From the NCBI RefSeq assembly GCF_009914755.1, contig NC_060931.1: a stretch of 64,000 nt of DNA; one strand, written 5' to 3'. The DNA is from the human T2T-CHM13v2.0 reference genome, Homo sapiens. Made by a program: the position numbers and the translations under genes. Under the pieces are notes generated by a model that did not search any database, was not told where the DNA came from, and saw only the letters and a list, made by a program, of their open reading frames with translations. Shown piece after piece: positions 1-14,016 of this stretch; position 1 is the stretch's first letter, and each line of letters starts with the position of its first letter.

Positions 1-610
1 GTTCCCCTGCTAGGCCATGATTTCTCCCTTTGTAAGGGGCCAGCCCCCCAAATCATGATGAGCACAGCCCCAAATGTGGTTATCACTTCGGACATTCAGG
101 AAACTCTTTGAATGCTAATACCTGTGGAAGGAAGTTTAATTGTGATTTAAAACAAAAATACTACTGAAAAAGCAAATGTGGCCACCCATGATTAAAATAG
201 TTTCAGCTTTCATCAGTGAGATCCAAGTTCAGGCAGAAACCATTCAAAGGAAGTAGCTAGTAAGCCTTGAGCTCTTGCTGTGTGCACAGCTCCATAGTAG
301 AAGCTCCTGTGGGCAGAAATATGAGGAGGTACAGGCTCATCCCAGGATAGCTGCATGAAGAACCTGGTCTCTGTGGCCTAGCAGATCAGCCACATGGCAT
401 GGAATGGTGGGGAAAAGATGCGCCTTTGGAATCAGAGTGCCAGGGTTTGAATTCTACATCCACCAACCGCCTCTACTACTTTGGGCTTAAGTTTTGAGAG
501 CCTCAACTTCCTTGTCTGCAATTTGTAACTCTAACATTATCTATCCCATATGGTTGCTCTGAGAGTTAAATCCTGATGCTGGAGCTGAGATCATTGTTGG
601 CTTTTAATCT

Positions 611-865
611 AGGCAGTACACAGTAGTGGGTGAAAATCTAGGCCATGGAGTTAGACAGTTACATTCAGATCTTTCTCTACTATTTACTAATCTTATGACT
701 TTGAATAAGTTACTTAATCTTTCTGTATCTCAGTTTCCTTTCTGTAAAATAAGGACAATATTATCTACCTCTTTAGGTTGTTGAGAATAATTTATGTAAA
801 GCCCTTAGCACAGGGCCTAGCATATAGTAAGCACTCAATAAATGCCATTTGCAATTATTCCCATT
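611..865 (+). mobile_element. MIR SINE
   Basis: Contains the MIR core 'ttacttaatctttctgtatctcagtttcct..tgtaaaat' and tail 'gcacagggcctagcatatagtaagcactcaataaatg'. Confidence 0.75.
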
Positions 866-1717
866 ATCAATAATCAGAGTTAATTCTGTAGATGGAGAGA
901 CCTGAATTATTCGCTGTGCTTTGGTGACCCAAATTGCCCACAGTGCCTCCCTGTGTCGCCGCTCTCCGCATCCACTGGAGCAGGCTTCATCTCCACATGG
1001 GCAGGGTGAGCCAGAACTTTCCTCCCTGCCCCCTCTGATGTGGGAGTGAGGAATGCTGGCCTAGATTCTTTCAAAGGGAGGCAGTGAGGAACCCAGGGCA
1101 TGGCTGGAAAGCAGTGGGGTCCTGTGTTTATTGGGGGCTATGACAACCTGTAAGTCAGCTTGGGAGGGATATGGGGAGAGGGGGGATGTAAGAAGATGTC
1201 GATTTTCAAAGGCCAAATTTCCTGACAAAGAAAAGGAATACAAAAAGAAAGATTTCCTAAAGCTTTGGAGAAGACAGCCAAGGAGGCACCCTCAATCCTC
1301 ATGTGCACTATCTGTATTAAGAAAACTCCATTATACTATTTGATTTATCAATAGCTCAGTATTCAGCACGGATTAACTCAAGGGGCACAAGACACTCTCT
1401 GCCTTGGTCTCAAGAGAGGGCAATGTTATGTGGCAAGAGCAATGACACTGAACATTAATTAAAAGCACGTCTCATTTTTCCAGTGGAATGAGGTTTCTGA
1501 CTTTTAAGAGTTCCAAAAGGTGGCTATTTTGCTCCAGGCAGAATGCAGAATTGGAATTAAATGCAAACCAAGGTGGCAGGCCTGCAGCAAGAAACTTCAG
1601 CTTATTAGGCCGGGCTTTTTTTTTTGTCTCAGGCACAGTATTGCTTCATTTCAATTCATTACATGAGTATACCCATTTCTCTAGCACATATGTGCAGAAG
1701 GATACAGTCTTACTAGT

Positions 1718-1757
1718 ACACACACACTCTCTTTCTCTCTCTCTCACACACACACTC
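1718..1757. repeat. Compound (CA)n(CT)n(CA)n microsatellite
   Basis: Seen directly in the sequence. Confidence 0.9.
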
Positions 1758-2848
1758 TCCCACAAGGTGTGGATAAATACTTGTGCAGATAAATAGATCC
1801 ACACAAGTATGCATTGTTAGTTCATCTTGCAATGGATATACTGTTTTTGGAGCAGCTCTTTGGAACTTCATTTCAGAGGAAAGCAGTTGCTAAGAGTTTT
1901 GGAGGCATGGTCAGGAGGGGCTGTCACAATCCCTTCAAGAACCAGCCTTGCTCAGTGGCCACTGCGAAAAGCTGTGTGGAGATTTGCAGCTCTGGCCTTG
2001 CTCTCCTGCACTCACCCTGGCAAGCTGGCTCTCCCTGGCATCAGCACCTCTAGTTCCAGGTTAGTTATTTTCACCCTGGAGTCTTGGGGGTGAGGGTCTT
2101 AGCAGAGCTGGGGGGCATTAGCTTGTGGGCAAGACCAGGAACTGCCCCTACACAAGGCTTTGTTGCTGTGGCTGCCAATATCCTAGGTAGCTGGCCAATT
2201 AGCATGGGGGTGCTGTGCTAACACCTGGCAAACCTGTCGGTCAAGTGCCTATCTTTGGGTTGAGAAGTGATTACATCCCTATAAACATGGGGCTAAACAC
2301 TATGTCCTGTTAGTGGGAGAGCAGATTCACTGGACCATATGGGGAGTCAAGCTGTGTTTGTTCTGTCCTGACCACTTTTCCCCTTGTGACAGGTTAAGAA
2401 TGGGGCTGTGGGGGACCTCCTAGGGAGCTGCTATTTGCTTCAACCAACAATAACCTCAACTCTTTCTGTTTAACCACTGCAGAGCAGTGATTCCACATCG
2501 CTGGGCTCTGGTCAGTTCCTAGTTCACAAGGGAGTTTACACCAGTGAGCTTTTCACCAGTTAATAGCAAATGCAGAAAAACGAGAATGCTGGTGTGAGTT
2601 TTTCAGAGGGCTAATTTAGTTTAGCAGAAGGGACTGTCTTTTATCTAAGATTAGGTCCTTCTTACTTTTTTTTTTCTTGTAATCGAGGGTCCTTTCTTTT
2701 ATGAAAGGGTTGTGATATTAAACTTTAGATTTTATTTTTTAATATCCTTTTTTTTTTTTGGCCCAAGTTAAAAGTTAGCAACATGCTATTAATTTACTTA
2801 AACTTTTTGTTTTTTTAAAATTATTAGTGAAAGCCACATTTGGGGAAT

Positions 2849-3040
2849 CACAGTTCTGAAACTTGTGCATGTCAGAACTGGCGGGAACATCTGTTAAAAC
2901 AGAGATGGCTGGTCCCCACCCACTGAGTTTCTGATTTAGCAGGGCTGGGAATGGGGTCTGAGAATGTGCATTGCTAAGAAGTTCCTAGGTGATACTGCTG
3001 CTGATGTTCCAGGGACCACGTTTAGAGAACCGCTGGTCTA
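2849..3040. mobile_element. MER5A-like hAT-Charlie DNA transposon
   Basis: 'gtttctgatttagcagggctgg..tctgagaatgtgcattgctaagaagttcctaggtgat..gggaccac..gagaacc' resembles the MER5A consensus. Confidence 0.75.
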
Positions 3041-4359
3041 GCTTGGCCAAGGTGGGGTGGGGAAGGCTGGAACTGTGAAAGGAGGATCCTCATTTACAGG
3101 TAGAGGCCCAGGACACCCCTAACTCCTGCCCCAAAGCAGGGAGGCATAGACAATGTCCCAGGCTCTCTGCAGCAGTGGATTTCAGATTTCTTTCTATAAC
3201 CCCTGACTTAGGGAGCCAATAATGTGGGCTGGGAAGAAAGTTTTCCTATGAAAGAAAACAAGATCGTTTTCTGAACTAAGTGACATCACAAAGACCAGAC
3301 TGTCCCATTTTTAAGCTGGAGGAAGAGTGAATGTTCTAGGCTATCTGCCTGAGATGTCAGCGCAGAGTCTGAATGTGTCAGGAAATTTCCCACTCATGGG
3401 TTATTTTCACCTTCAATGGCCGTGAGCTGTGAGGAAGGTAATCCAGATTTGACTTCCATGGGCCCCAGGGTAACAGGACAGAAGGTGTGAGACTCTGGGT
3501 AAGGACACTGTCTGGGACACGCTTATCTGAACACTGCAAGGTCAAGGTGACTTTTAAAGGTTATTTAAAAGTGCTCTGAATGTTTTCTCCCTCTCGGATT
3601 TTTCTACTTGGGATATCCTCTGAGGCTACGTTCATTTTATCTCATTTCTCCTCCAAATTAATTTATCACCCTTGTGTATTTCAGTGTTTCTATAATACTT
3701 GTTTAATTTGTATTGTTAACACTGTCAACCTGGCACCTGGTTCCCTGTGGGGCTAAAAGAATCCTGCACATTACTGTCTCTTCAAAAGCATGTATGTTAA
3801 AACAGACAACATATAGAAAAAGCCAAAAAATATACAAGAGAAATATTTAGCAAACAGTAGAGGTAACGGATCATCATTTTCAAAGTGTCTTTGAGGTAAA
3901 CTAGCTATATTTGGCTCTGCCATTAACTCTGTGTCATAACTATGGGATACACTAAATTGTAAGGAATAAATGTTGTAGGGGTCAGGCATATAAGTTACGA
4001 AAATAAGAAATTATTTTGGGTTTTCAGAAAAAGACAGCTGACAGAATCAGGTTTGTATTGTTTTTGCTCCTTGACACAGCACCTGGATAAATAATGTAAA
4101 AAGTGGACATTTGAACCCCCAGTTTACGTCTTTCAATTAAGATACCTTTGCATCCATTTTACATTCTCCCCTATTCAGTTCCAAACCCCAAGTCCATCCA
4201 GGTCTTGTACTTGATGAGATGGCTCAGGCGACGACTTACAACTAGATGAGATGTGTTCAAAGGGCTTACTTAGGCTGATAGTTCTGTTGCGTGATATATT
4301 GTGACTAGGAAACAACCAACCGACCACCACTCAGGCCTCTGCCAAGGAGAGCTACTTAC

Positions 4360-4467
4360 GTTTGTCCTGCAAGGAATCGTGGGGCACTTCTCCCTGAGGA
4401 CTCTCTTCTAAGTCTCCGTAATGCAGGACTTTGTGATTTGGCGAAAGCCGACAATACCAAAACTTGT
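4360..4467 (-). CDS. ELMO1: ELMO1 coding exon (108 nt; probably exon 19), PH domain, (D)[35 protein letters not shown]
   Basis: Minus strand reads ttttttctctcag|ACAAGTTT...GACAAAC|gtaagt. It is in frame with the previous exon (G+AC = Asp) and matches recalled ELMO1 PH-domain sequence. Confidence 0.97.
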
Positions 4468-7400
4468 CTGAGAGAAAAAACACAAGTTTACAAGGTAAGT
4501 GATTGTGGTTTATCAAAATACTAGCCTGGTTATTTCTTAATACTCTTGCCTGGAGGAAACAAGCAGTTCATTTGATTTTAAGTCTTGAGGAAGAATGAAT
4601 TCTAGGGCCCTGGGCAATAAATTCCCTTTTGACTTTAATATTTAGTTATCACCTGTCCTGCTTGGTATACATTTGGTAACCATTAGTAAAGTCATTGAAC
4701 TCTTCAAGCTCAATAGCAATAGATTTTATGAGGTGGTGGTTTCCAGAGGTTATGTTATCACTAATGATAACCACCATGGGAACTGCTCCTTATTCATTTA
4801 CTGACAAAAGAGGGAGGGAGATATAGAAAAAAAAACAGATTTCTCAGAATGTTTCTGCTTCCACTTTCCTCTCTGAGAATTTCAGACTGTTGAGACAGTT
4901 GTGTCCAAGGCCAGATTTTAGCTGATACAACAAGCCCCTACCCTAGGCTACCACACGCACATTAATCATGAACGAATTGTTAGGACACTGGTAATACACA
5001 TGGTGGGTGGGATTCATGAGGAAATCATCTAAATAATTCACGGATTTAGCCAAAGAATGGGGACATGCACAATCATTCTCCTCTCCAATTCCCAGAATTT
5101 ACTTCTCTGGATAGGTATGACCAGGAGATTAGGGTCATCCTTATAAACAACTTCCTCAACTTTACTGCCTCAGTCTCTCAAAAGTGAGAAGAAATTTTGA
5201 GTAAGTCTATGAGGCAGGAAGAAAGAGGCAAAGAGCACTTTTTATAGGTTAGGGACTTGAACTGTGACAGCAATGCTTGTGCAGCTGTCTCCTCCAGGAA
5301 GCCCTCTTTATCCCTGCAGCCGAAGGGCCTCTCCCCATCCTCTGAGATGTTCTACAGTCTTCTTTGCACCACCAGTTTGGCTTGGACTGGCAATATTGGA
5401 GCCTAATGTTAACACCTTAGTATTTCCCATTATCTGCTACAGACCCTAGGTAAGTAACTTGCCCTTGAGGGTGTATTGTGAACAATTAATATTGATAGGA
5501 GAAGAGGACTCCAGCCCTGACAGTGTGGAAGAGTCACAGTCTCTCCGATGACAGTCACTGTCTTCATAATTGCAACATCCCAATCTCTTGGCACAGTGTC
5601 TGACACATAAAAGTTGCACAGTTGGCGTTGGCTAAGCTGATAAATGAAGACCCAAAGGGACCTGATCAAAATGCCTAAGGCATGAGGTGTCAGTCACCTA
5701 CAAGCCCCTTTGCACCACTGTGCGGTTGGTACCCTTTGAGGCCTTGGCCAAGTTACCTCATTATTGCACCTGAAATATAATTTGTTTTCAAGCCACTCTA
5801 ACTAAAAAGCTCTTCATTATATTTTAAGAAAAGTGGTTTTCTCTCTAAAATTGCTGTCACTGCAAACCCATGGTTTAATTATGATTCTTTTAATAGAAAT
5901 AGAAGTTTTAAGAATGGAAGTAAAAGCCACACAATGAACAAAGAAAATGCCCAAATTTGATCCACAAAAGGAGAGTGTCTCTGTGATTCTTATCTTCCTC
6001 ATCTTTAAATAGAGTTTGAGAATTCTGAAGCATAGTCAGAGTACGGCAATCCATAGATTTAAAGGAATCTGAACTCTAGTGGAAAAAATTGAGTGGGAAA
6101 AGGGTCATTTAACAGCTAGGAAAATATTTGAAATTGCTAAATTTCAAAATTATGCTATGTATATACCAAACATGGGTCATTTTTCTGGGAGAGCATTTCA
6201 AAGGGAGAAAACAGTTATTCTCTGAGTAATTCACAGACATTTAAATTAGGCAAATGTGTACTTATGGGTTTTTCATGAGGAGAGCAACCTTGGGGATTTG
6301 ACTTGTAACTTACAATAGGAACTGTGAATTCCAGAGCAGGAGGCAATGGCTTTCTGAACATCAACAGTGCTCTTGGGGGCCTGTGGGGGCTGCCTCTCCC
6401 CACGGATACTTTCCCCTGCCCTACGTGGCTGTGATGACCAGAAAGCCAACTGGAGAAATCTGCTATAAAGTTTTCCTTTCCTTGCTGCATCTAGGTGATA
6501 CGTTTGGCTGTGTGAGCGACTAAAGGGTGATAGAGGCTGGGAAGGAAGACAGTGAGAAGTGGTACTTGGACATGCTGGGCTTATTGTGAGTTAGGTCTTG
6601 GCCTGTGCTTTATAGGAATCCCTTGCTTCTCAAGCTGGGGTAAGTAAACTCTAGGGGTCAGCAGTGGGACTTGAAGCCAAGCCAATGTGTCACAATCAAA
6701 CAAGATCAATGACACTCAATTGATTTTGAGGGAATTAAGAAATTTAACTGGTGCACAGTATAATACAAACACATATTATTGTAGAGTAAATTGCACAACT
6801 TAATATTCATGTGTAAGATATATTGATTTGTAAGACTTCGAAAATTTTGCTGCTCTACTTTCAGGATAAATTTGTTTATCCAATGAATATTTGCTGAGTG
6901 GCTGTCTACAATGCACACAGCACTCTACTATGTGTAGCGAAACATCATTAGAACGGAAGGTAGACATGAAAGACAAGGCCAAGGAGTTCAAGGAAAAGGA
7001 GCTCCCTCAGTTCTTCAAGGCAGCTAAGAGAAAGATGTTGTTTCCCAGGTCTGGGAAGTAGGAACTGGGACAAATCAGCAACTCTGGCAATACTATGGAG
7101 AAAAATAGGAATGCAGAAATCTCTTGTGCAACATATTCTTACATACAGTAATGATCAGAGAACAGTGGCTATCTGTCAGAGTTTCAAGAGGCAAAACAGC
7201 CATCTTCCTTGCAAAGTTGGAGTTGATGTTTGTTTAAAGAAAACCCAAAGGGTCTGCAGCGGACAGATTTTCCTCCTTTCCAAAGCTGAAATTCCCTTGA
7301 CTTGTATGACACCATCTTGCCTTGGTTTTCCTCCTACCTCTGGCTAATTCTCTTATCCTATACAAGTTTCTCTTCTTCTGTCTACTACTAAAACGATAAA

Positions 7401-8148
7401 AAGCAAAAAGATTGGTACATCACAGATATAAGTGATGTGTTCCACTCCTCATCAATTAGGAAGTCTTGGATGGATGGCAAAATATTGGAAAAAGGGGCTG
7501 AAAACGCTGAGAAACTTGTCTTGACTCATAATCAAATGGGAGGCTACTCAGCCAGTATCTTCCTCACAGTAAAACTGGAGTCCTTAGCTTTGGAAGGCTT
7601 AGACGTTGTGTATTTCTGTCTTGAAGGGAGAGCCACTACAAGGATAGCATCAGCACAGTGCGTCGACATGTTGGGTGAGACAGTTTCAGTGTCAGCCACC
7701 AGCAGCAGCTTGATTTGCAGTTTCTTTTACGGCAAGACAAATGTGTATTTTCCTTTCAAACCCCAGCATGATGTTACTTGTTCCTTTATCCCTCTGGGCG
7801 ATGAAAGAGTGAATTGCGTCACTAAAAGCAATTAGCAGGAAGCAGTGAGAACATTATCAAAGATTGTTTACTAGCATTTTGGAGAAAACAATAGTTAATG
7901 TGGAGGTCTTCCAGTCAATTACTAATGAGCGTACGTTAATAGCCAGGCTTCATCTCCAAACCCAAAACAAAATACAGGGAGAATTTCGTGTTTCAATCTT
8001 TTTCTTGCGTGCGTGTGCGTGTGTGAAGGATAAGAGGGAAGAGCTGCTTTCAGAGTTCACAAGCCTGGTAAGAAGGGCTGATTAAAGCTATTCCCAATGT
8101 CACATAGATTGTTATGGAGCTAATAACCACTGTCAACTGTAATTTTTG

Positions 8149-8290
8149 CAGTGCCCTCCTACAGAACTTCCTACAATGATGGAAATTCTCTGTATCTGTT
8201 TTATCCAATACTAAGAAAACAAATTATAAATTTTCTTTCATTTTAAATAACTTAAACAGCCGTAGGTAGTTCTATCAGACAGTGTAGCCC
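8149..8290. mobile_element. MER3-like fragment
   Basis: 'agaacttcctacaatgatggaaattctctgtatctg' resembles the MER3 end. Confidence 0.5.
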
Positions 8291-9749
8291 ACCGTCTGTC
8301 TTCAATCATCCAGGCCCAAGACAAGCTTGGGGCTGGTCCCTGGGTCTCCAGGAGAGCCCAGCAAGCTGAACAATGGCAACCACTGGTAGGTGTGAAATGC
8401 CAGCCAGTTCAGTGGGACACAGGGCACAGCAAGAACCAAACCCCGAGACTGCCATGGAATCAGGACCCATCTTTGTTTTGAGTGCAGAGCCCGCTGTCAG
8501 CAGCTGGGGGCTGACCCCGGGGGCCCTAAGAGTCCTGTATTAGGGAGGAGAACAGGTTTTTCTAAAAGATGTCTTTAGAACACTTCCATTAGGATTCTGA
8601 ATTTTCCCAAGGATAACCTAAAATGTGCCAAGTCTTCTGTGTGTTCAGAACAAGGTCGGCTTTCTGCCTAAGGTCCAAACTTTCCAAGTCACAAAACAAG
8701 AGGGACCCAGCAATGTGTTTAAAGGGAAATGTCATCTTTCAGGTGATGAGATCTAAGATTTTTTTGTTGGTACAAAAAAGGGAAACAACTATTGATACAG
8801 AGACGAAGGGCATCAAATCTTCCTCACTTCACTGAGCTTTCTTTAAAAGGACAGATTTGTGTTTTGATTCTGAATTCTGCCTCCCTGGACACAGCTGCTC
8901 AGAGCAAATGACACCGGAGTCCCTAGGTACTTTCCAAGATGATTTGGTCTAACAGGTGCCTTGAAGTCACACATAGCTGGGTGACACACCTGGCCCTGAT
9001 GCTTATTAGCTGCGGGGCCTTGGCCTAATTGTAAAAACTTCAGAAATCCCTGTTCTTCATATGTACAATGGTCATAATTATATGAGTAAAACACACATAA
9101 AGTATGGATCCTACATCTTCCAGAATTGGTTCTCAGAACATATTTGTAGTTTCCTGCTCTTCTAGTCAATGGCAGTCTCTCTCGTCCACACTACTGTCCC
9201 TCCATCTTTTGGAAACAATGATTATGTATTATTCTGACCTATTGGGAAGTGCCTTTTTTTCATGAAAATGAACTGGCTTTTCATAATTTGAAAATATGTA
9301 TTTATTTATACCTGCCTTTTTGTAACAAAATATTAAAATAAAATTTCAACCAGGGATGGAGAAAGGAATGACCTGCTCCCCACAACAGGGCAATATGGTT
9401 ACCATGCCTGAACGCACCACTTGGCTCTAGGTCTTCTGAGGGGGCCTCCAGAGCAACGTAAGATATACCAGCCTTGTTGGCAGGAGTGGTAGGCACGCAT
9501 TTTGCCCAACATTGAGTTCCAACATAAGCCTGTCATGTCAGCACTTAGGGAATGCTGGTCAATGAAACAAACACTGTCCTCTGCAGGAGGTTTCATGTTA
9601 TCACTTCTTGAAATGATTTCCAATGTTAGCCCTGGACTCTTACCAAGGCCATTCAATGCAAGTGATTCTGAAAGACCTTCATCTCTAAAATACAAGAGAA
9701 GTAGGGGGCAGTTCTTGAGCCTACAGATTCTCATGAAGCAAATAGTGGC

Positions 9750-10174
9750 TGGTATCATTTCGATCTGTGTCCTCACCAAATCTCATGTGGAATTGTAGTC
9801 CCCAGTGTTGGAGGTGGGTCCTGGTGGGAGGTGACTGGATCATGGGGGTGGAATGCTCATGAATGTTTTAGCGCCATCCTCCCCTTGGTACTGTATAGTG
9901 ATAAAGTCCTCTTGAGATCTGGTTGTTTAAGTGTGTGGCACCTCCTCCTCCCTCTTTTCCTCCTGCTGTGGCCATGTGAAGCTCCTCGCTGACCCCGCCC
10001 CACCTTCTACCATGATTGGATCATGATTGGGAGTTTCCTGTGGCCTCCCCAGAAGCAGAAGCTGTGATACTTCCTGTACAGCCTACAGAACCGTGAACCA
10101 ATTAAACCTCTTTTCTTTATAAATTAGTCAGTCTTAGGCATTTCTTTATAGTAATGCGAGAATGGACTAATACA
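9750..10174 (+). mobile_element. Solo MaLR LTR, MSTB-like
   Basis: TG...CA ends, 'ccaaatctcatg..aattgta', 'cttcctgtacagcc..agaaccgtga..caattaaacctcttttctttataaatta'. Near-TSD gtggc/gtgtc. Confidence 0.85.
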
Positions 10175-10389
10175 GTGTCCCTAACACAGACATCTTCTGA
10201 GGTTTCATCTGAAATCTCTCCTGCAGGAGTCCAGGGAACACAGAAGCCAGGCAATTTCCATGCCAAGGATTCTGCGACCAGAGCTTATACTTCGTGGTCA
10301 ACATGTATAAGCTTGGGGAGAGAGTGGAGTGATGCAGGTGTGTGGGCTCCCATGCTACTCCACCTCCTGTGCTTAGAAATATACATTCT

Positions 10390-10681
<292 letters not shown>

Positions 10682-10714
10682 CTATATTCTGAGGCGCTAC
10701 GAGCTAAAATTAAT

Positions 10715-10930
10715 AGCAAACATCATTAATGAATGTTTGATAATCTGCCAAGCATCAAAGTGCTATAGATGTATAATTTTACTTACCCCTTATGGCTATT
10801 TGATAGAGGAACTAACATTATCCCCATTTGAAAGAAGAAGAAAGAGGAGCACAAAGACATTGAGCAGATTGCCCGAGGCTACCCAGCTAGTGAGTAGGAA
10901 CAGGGACTTCAACCCAGCTTATTGTGTCTT
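10715..10930 (-). mobile_element. MIR SINE
   Basis: 'attatccccattt..gattgcccgaggctacccagctagtgagt..gggacttcaaccc'. Confidence 0.6.
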
Positions 10931-11667
10931 TTGAGATATATTACCTCCCAGTCCTAATGTGGTTAGAATTCCCAGAAACCCAGATCTGTAAATGTCTGCA
11001 TGTGACTATTCCAGTAGCAGAGCTGCACATGAGACAGGCAGAAGGATCAGCAAGTATCAACTCGGGGACCTGCTAGCCAAACGTGGCACAGTCGAGCACT
11101 CTCTATTTGTTCCTTCACTTTCCAGTTCTGTGGAGCTGTAAGTTCTTTCATATTTTCCCCTATAAAGTTAACTACTTAAATTCACTCATCTGTGTCCTAC
11201 TCATTGTCAGACAAGTTTAGAGGGAGTATGGTGCTGGCTCCTGCACTGGGAGTGTCTGCTCTTTAACCTGTGGTGGCACCAGGCAGGCGGTTGTCCATCC
11301 CAGTCTGAGATCTCATGTAGAAGTGCGTCTTTCTCGAAGGGATTAAAAATGTCATGTTCTTATTAATCTGTGTAAATCTAAATGGAATGTTTTGATGGGG
11401 TGATAGGAAACCAATTTCAGCACAGTCTGCTTTGAATCCCTATTTTTAAGCACAGAGCCAGTCACCAGATTTCAAATCCATTTACCAAATACCAAAAAGC
11501 CTTCCTTTCTGCACTCGGAAGGATGATTTTGTATTAAACACAGATGGTCATGCTCCCTAGGGAGCTCAACTCATAAATTTATAATCTAGATGCTAATATT
11601 TTTTTGTTCAGGGGTAGTTCATTTTTAGAAAATTGGAAAAATTTATAGATACGGGACTAACATTTTT

Positions 11668-11669
<2 letters not shown>

Positions 11670-11704
<35 letters not shown>
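11670..11704. repeat. (AAC)n trinucleotide repeat, about 11 units
   Basis: Seen directly in the sequence. Confidence 0.95.
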
Positions 11705-13389
11705 ACCCTGTAGTTAATACATCTAGAAACAGGATTATTCTGATACAACCTACCCACTTCAACCTAGTCAGGGAAGTCTCATGACGCAGTAGACTAGAAG
11801 GTTAAATTGGTGCTAGGAGCTAGGTTGTGAGGGACTCTAGCTGGGCAGCAGCGGAGGCAATGGGTGTCTATTTGCCATTTCCCATCCCCAAAACTTCTGT
11901 GCCCTTTGCCCAATGTCAAGTAAGTAAAAATCTTATAAATCATCTTTATGGGGGCAATATATCCCAAACATTGATTTTTCCAAAGGCAATAAAGACATCA
12001 GGGCATACAACCGACTCTCTGACTAAATGAGCTCCTGGATCCCCTAATCCTGTCCTCCCACTTTACAGATGAGAACTTGGGGCCTTGAGAGGTCATGTGT
12101 CCTTCCTAAAGACACCTAGGTGGTTATTTAAAGAACTGAGAAGCCTGGCACCAAGTCCACTCACTCTGGCTCACTGCTTTTTTCCTACACAATCTTAAAG
12201 AACAGCAGTAGCTCCCTTGTTTTGCTGTTTCTTGTTGCTACATTCATAATCACCTCTCTTCCTCATGATAGCCTTGGGAGACAGGCATTGCTATCCCCAT
12301 TTCGGATGGGGAAATTGCCCAAGGTCACACAGCTGGACAGGTGTAGAGGCAAGATCGCACCCACATTGCCTGGTTCCAGGGCTATGTCCTTGCCACTGAG
12401 CCCTGTGGTCTTCTTGGAACACCATTTACTCTGACATGATGCCCGATGCAAGGAACGCGATGAGAGGAGGGCATGAACTCATTCTTCAGTGGCTGAATGG
12501 GAGGGAGGAGTTCCCTCTTCCACTGGTCTCACTAATAGGAGGCTTTCTCTGTAACTCAGCCCTTATTACTCTGCCCATTGTCCTCTCCTGAGGCTCAGCT
12601 TGAAATTCACTCTAAGAGCTTCTCATTCTCTGTGAAGAAACTGCATTTTCATTCCTCCAGGAAGTTCTGCCTTTGGAAGTTCCTCAATGTGATGTTTAAT
12701 GGTGACATGAGAAATACTTCCAATTTACTGAATATGCAGCACAGGACAGTTACAGTAAATGGCCGGGGGATGAGTTCAGCTGACAAACACAAAATGATTT
12801 TTGTCATTAGTGGGTGAGCTCTGTGGCTTAGCAGGGCATCCAGCAGGTTTCAAAATATCTGCCAAAGTTTCTCCTGGGCCATAACTGGTGTTCTTAGTAT
12901 AGCTGCTAATGCCTGTGCTTGCTCCTGCCTCTTCTTCAATCTCTTTGCCTCTTCCCAAATCTTACTTTTCAGTTTTATGCTCTGGCTGTTTGCTTCTAGG
13001 AGAGTGTGGTATGAAGACTCTAGCTGTGCAATCAGCAGCATGTCAAGAGAGCAAGAAAACAGTCAAGGGTGCTTTACTTGTCCAGGAAAGAAACAGCTAG
13101 ACATGTTTCCCACCTGTTGGGTCTACTCTTTTGACATCCATTTGAATTTGACATTTTGAGGTTAGAATTTATAGAGACAATTCAGAAATCTGCCTTGAGA
13201 AATTATGTAAGTGATGCTACCCTATCTTAGTTCACTGTTACTTATATCCACATATAAAATAACTCTGTCCTAGAAGAGAAGCAGTGTGGGAGATTTGACA
13301 ATAAGGGCCATCCATGCTGGAAGCTCCAAGATCAAACCAAACAGTGAGTGCCAGCTCTCCTACAGCAAGGGGAGTCATTAAAAGGAAGG

Positions 13390-13650
13390 GTCCTGGAGCT
13401 GTGGAGTTTGAATCCTTGCTCTTCTGTGACTTTGGGCCAGTTTCTTAGCCCTTTAGTGCCTCTATTTCCTAATCTGTACACTGGGCACAATCCTAGTAGT
13501 TACTTCTTAGGGTTATGGTGAGGATAAAATGCTTTATAAAGTAATGCATTGTAACAGGTATTGGCCAGAACATAGATCCGGAAGTCAGAAGACTAGAGTT
13601 TCAGAAGCACCTGGCACATGGTAGGCTCATATACGTGTCAGCTATTGTTG
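13390..13650 (+). mobile_element. MIR SINE carrying an internal 59-bp insertion
   Basis: MIR core and tail 'cctggcacatggtaggctca', interrupted at 13546-13604. Confidence 0.65.
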
Positions 13651-13903
13651 ACACCACCACTAGCAGTTTTTGTGGCACTAAATAGCAAAGAATGGCTCTT
13701 CATTTCTGTGGCTCTTCTGGTAATTGTGGACTTTGATTCTCTCTGGGTGTGCATGGGAACCAGAAACGACCTGGACTGCTATTCCTGTCCTGAGTACAAT
13801 GCTGCATGGCCTACCCGTAAACCAACACCATGCCCTTGTGATTCTCCAGGGAGCGGGCCACTGTTTACCCTATCCAAGTTTGGAGTGTCCCCAGAAACAA
13901 TAC

Positions 13904-14016
13904 CTTGCCTCCGCCGGGCATTGAGTTTCCTAAAGCAGGTCCCTTCCACAAGGCGGTTCAGGCGTTGCTGTTTGATCAGCTCTAAGATTTCTGGCTGAAT
14001 CTTCTCCTTTAGTTCC
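13904..14016 (-). CDS. ELMO1: ELMO1 coding exon (113 nt; probably exon 18), [37 protein letters not shown](D)
   Basis: Minus strand reads ctaacag|GGAACTA...AGGCAAG|gtattg. The peptide is visible inside ORF 13779..14141 and phases match both neighbouring exons. Confidence 0.97.
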
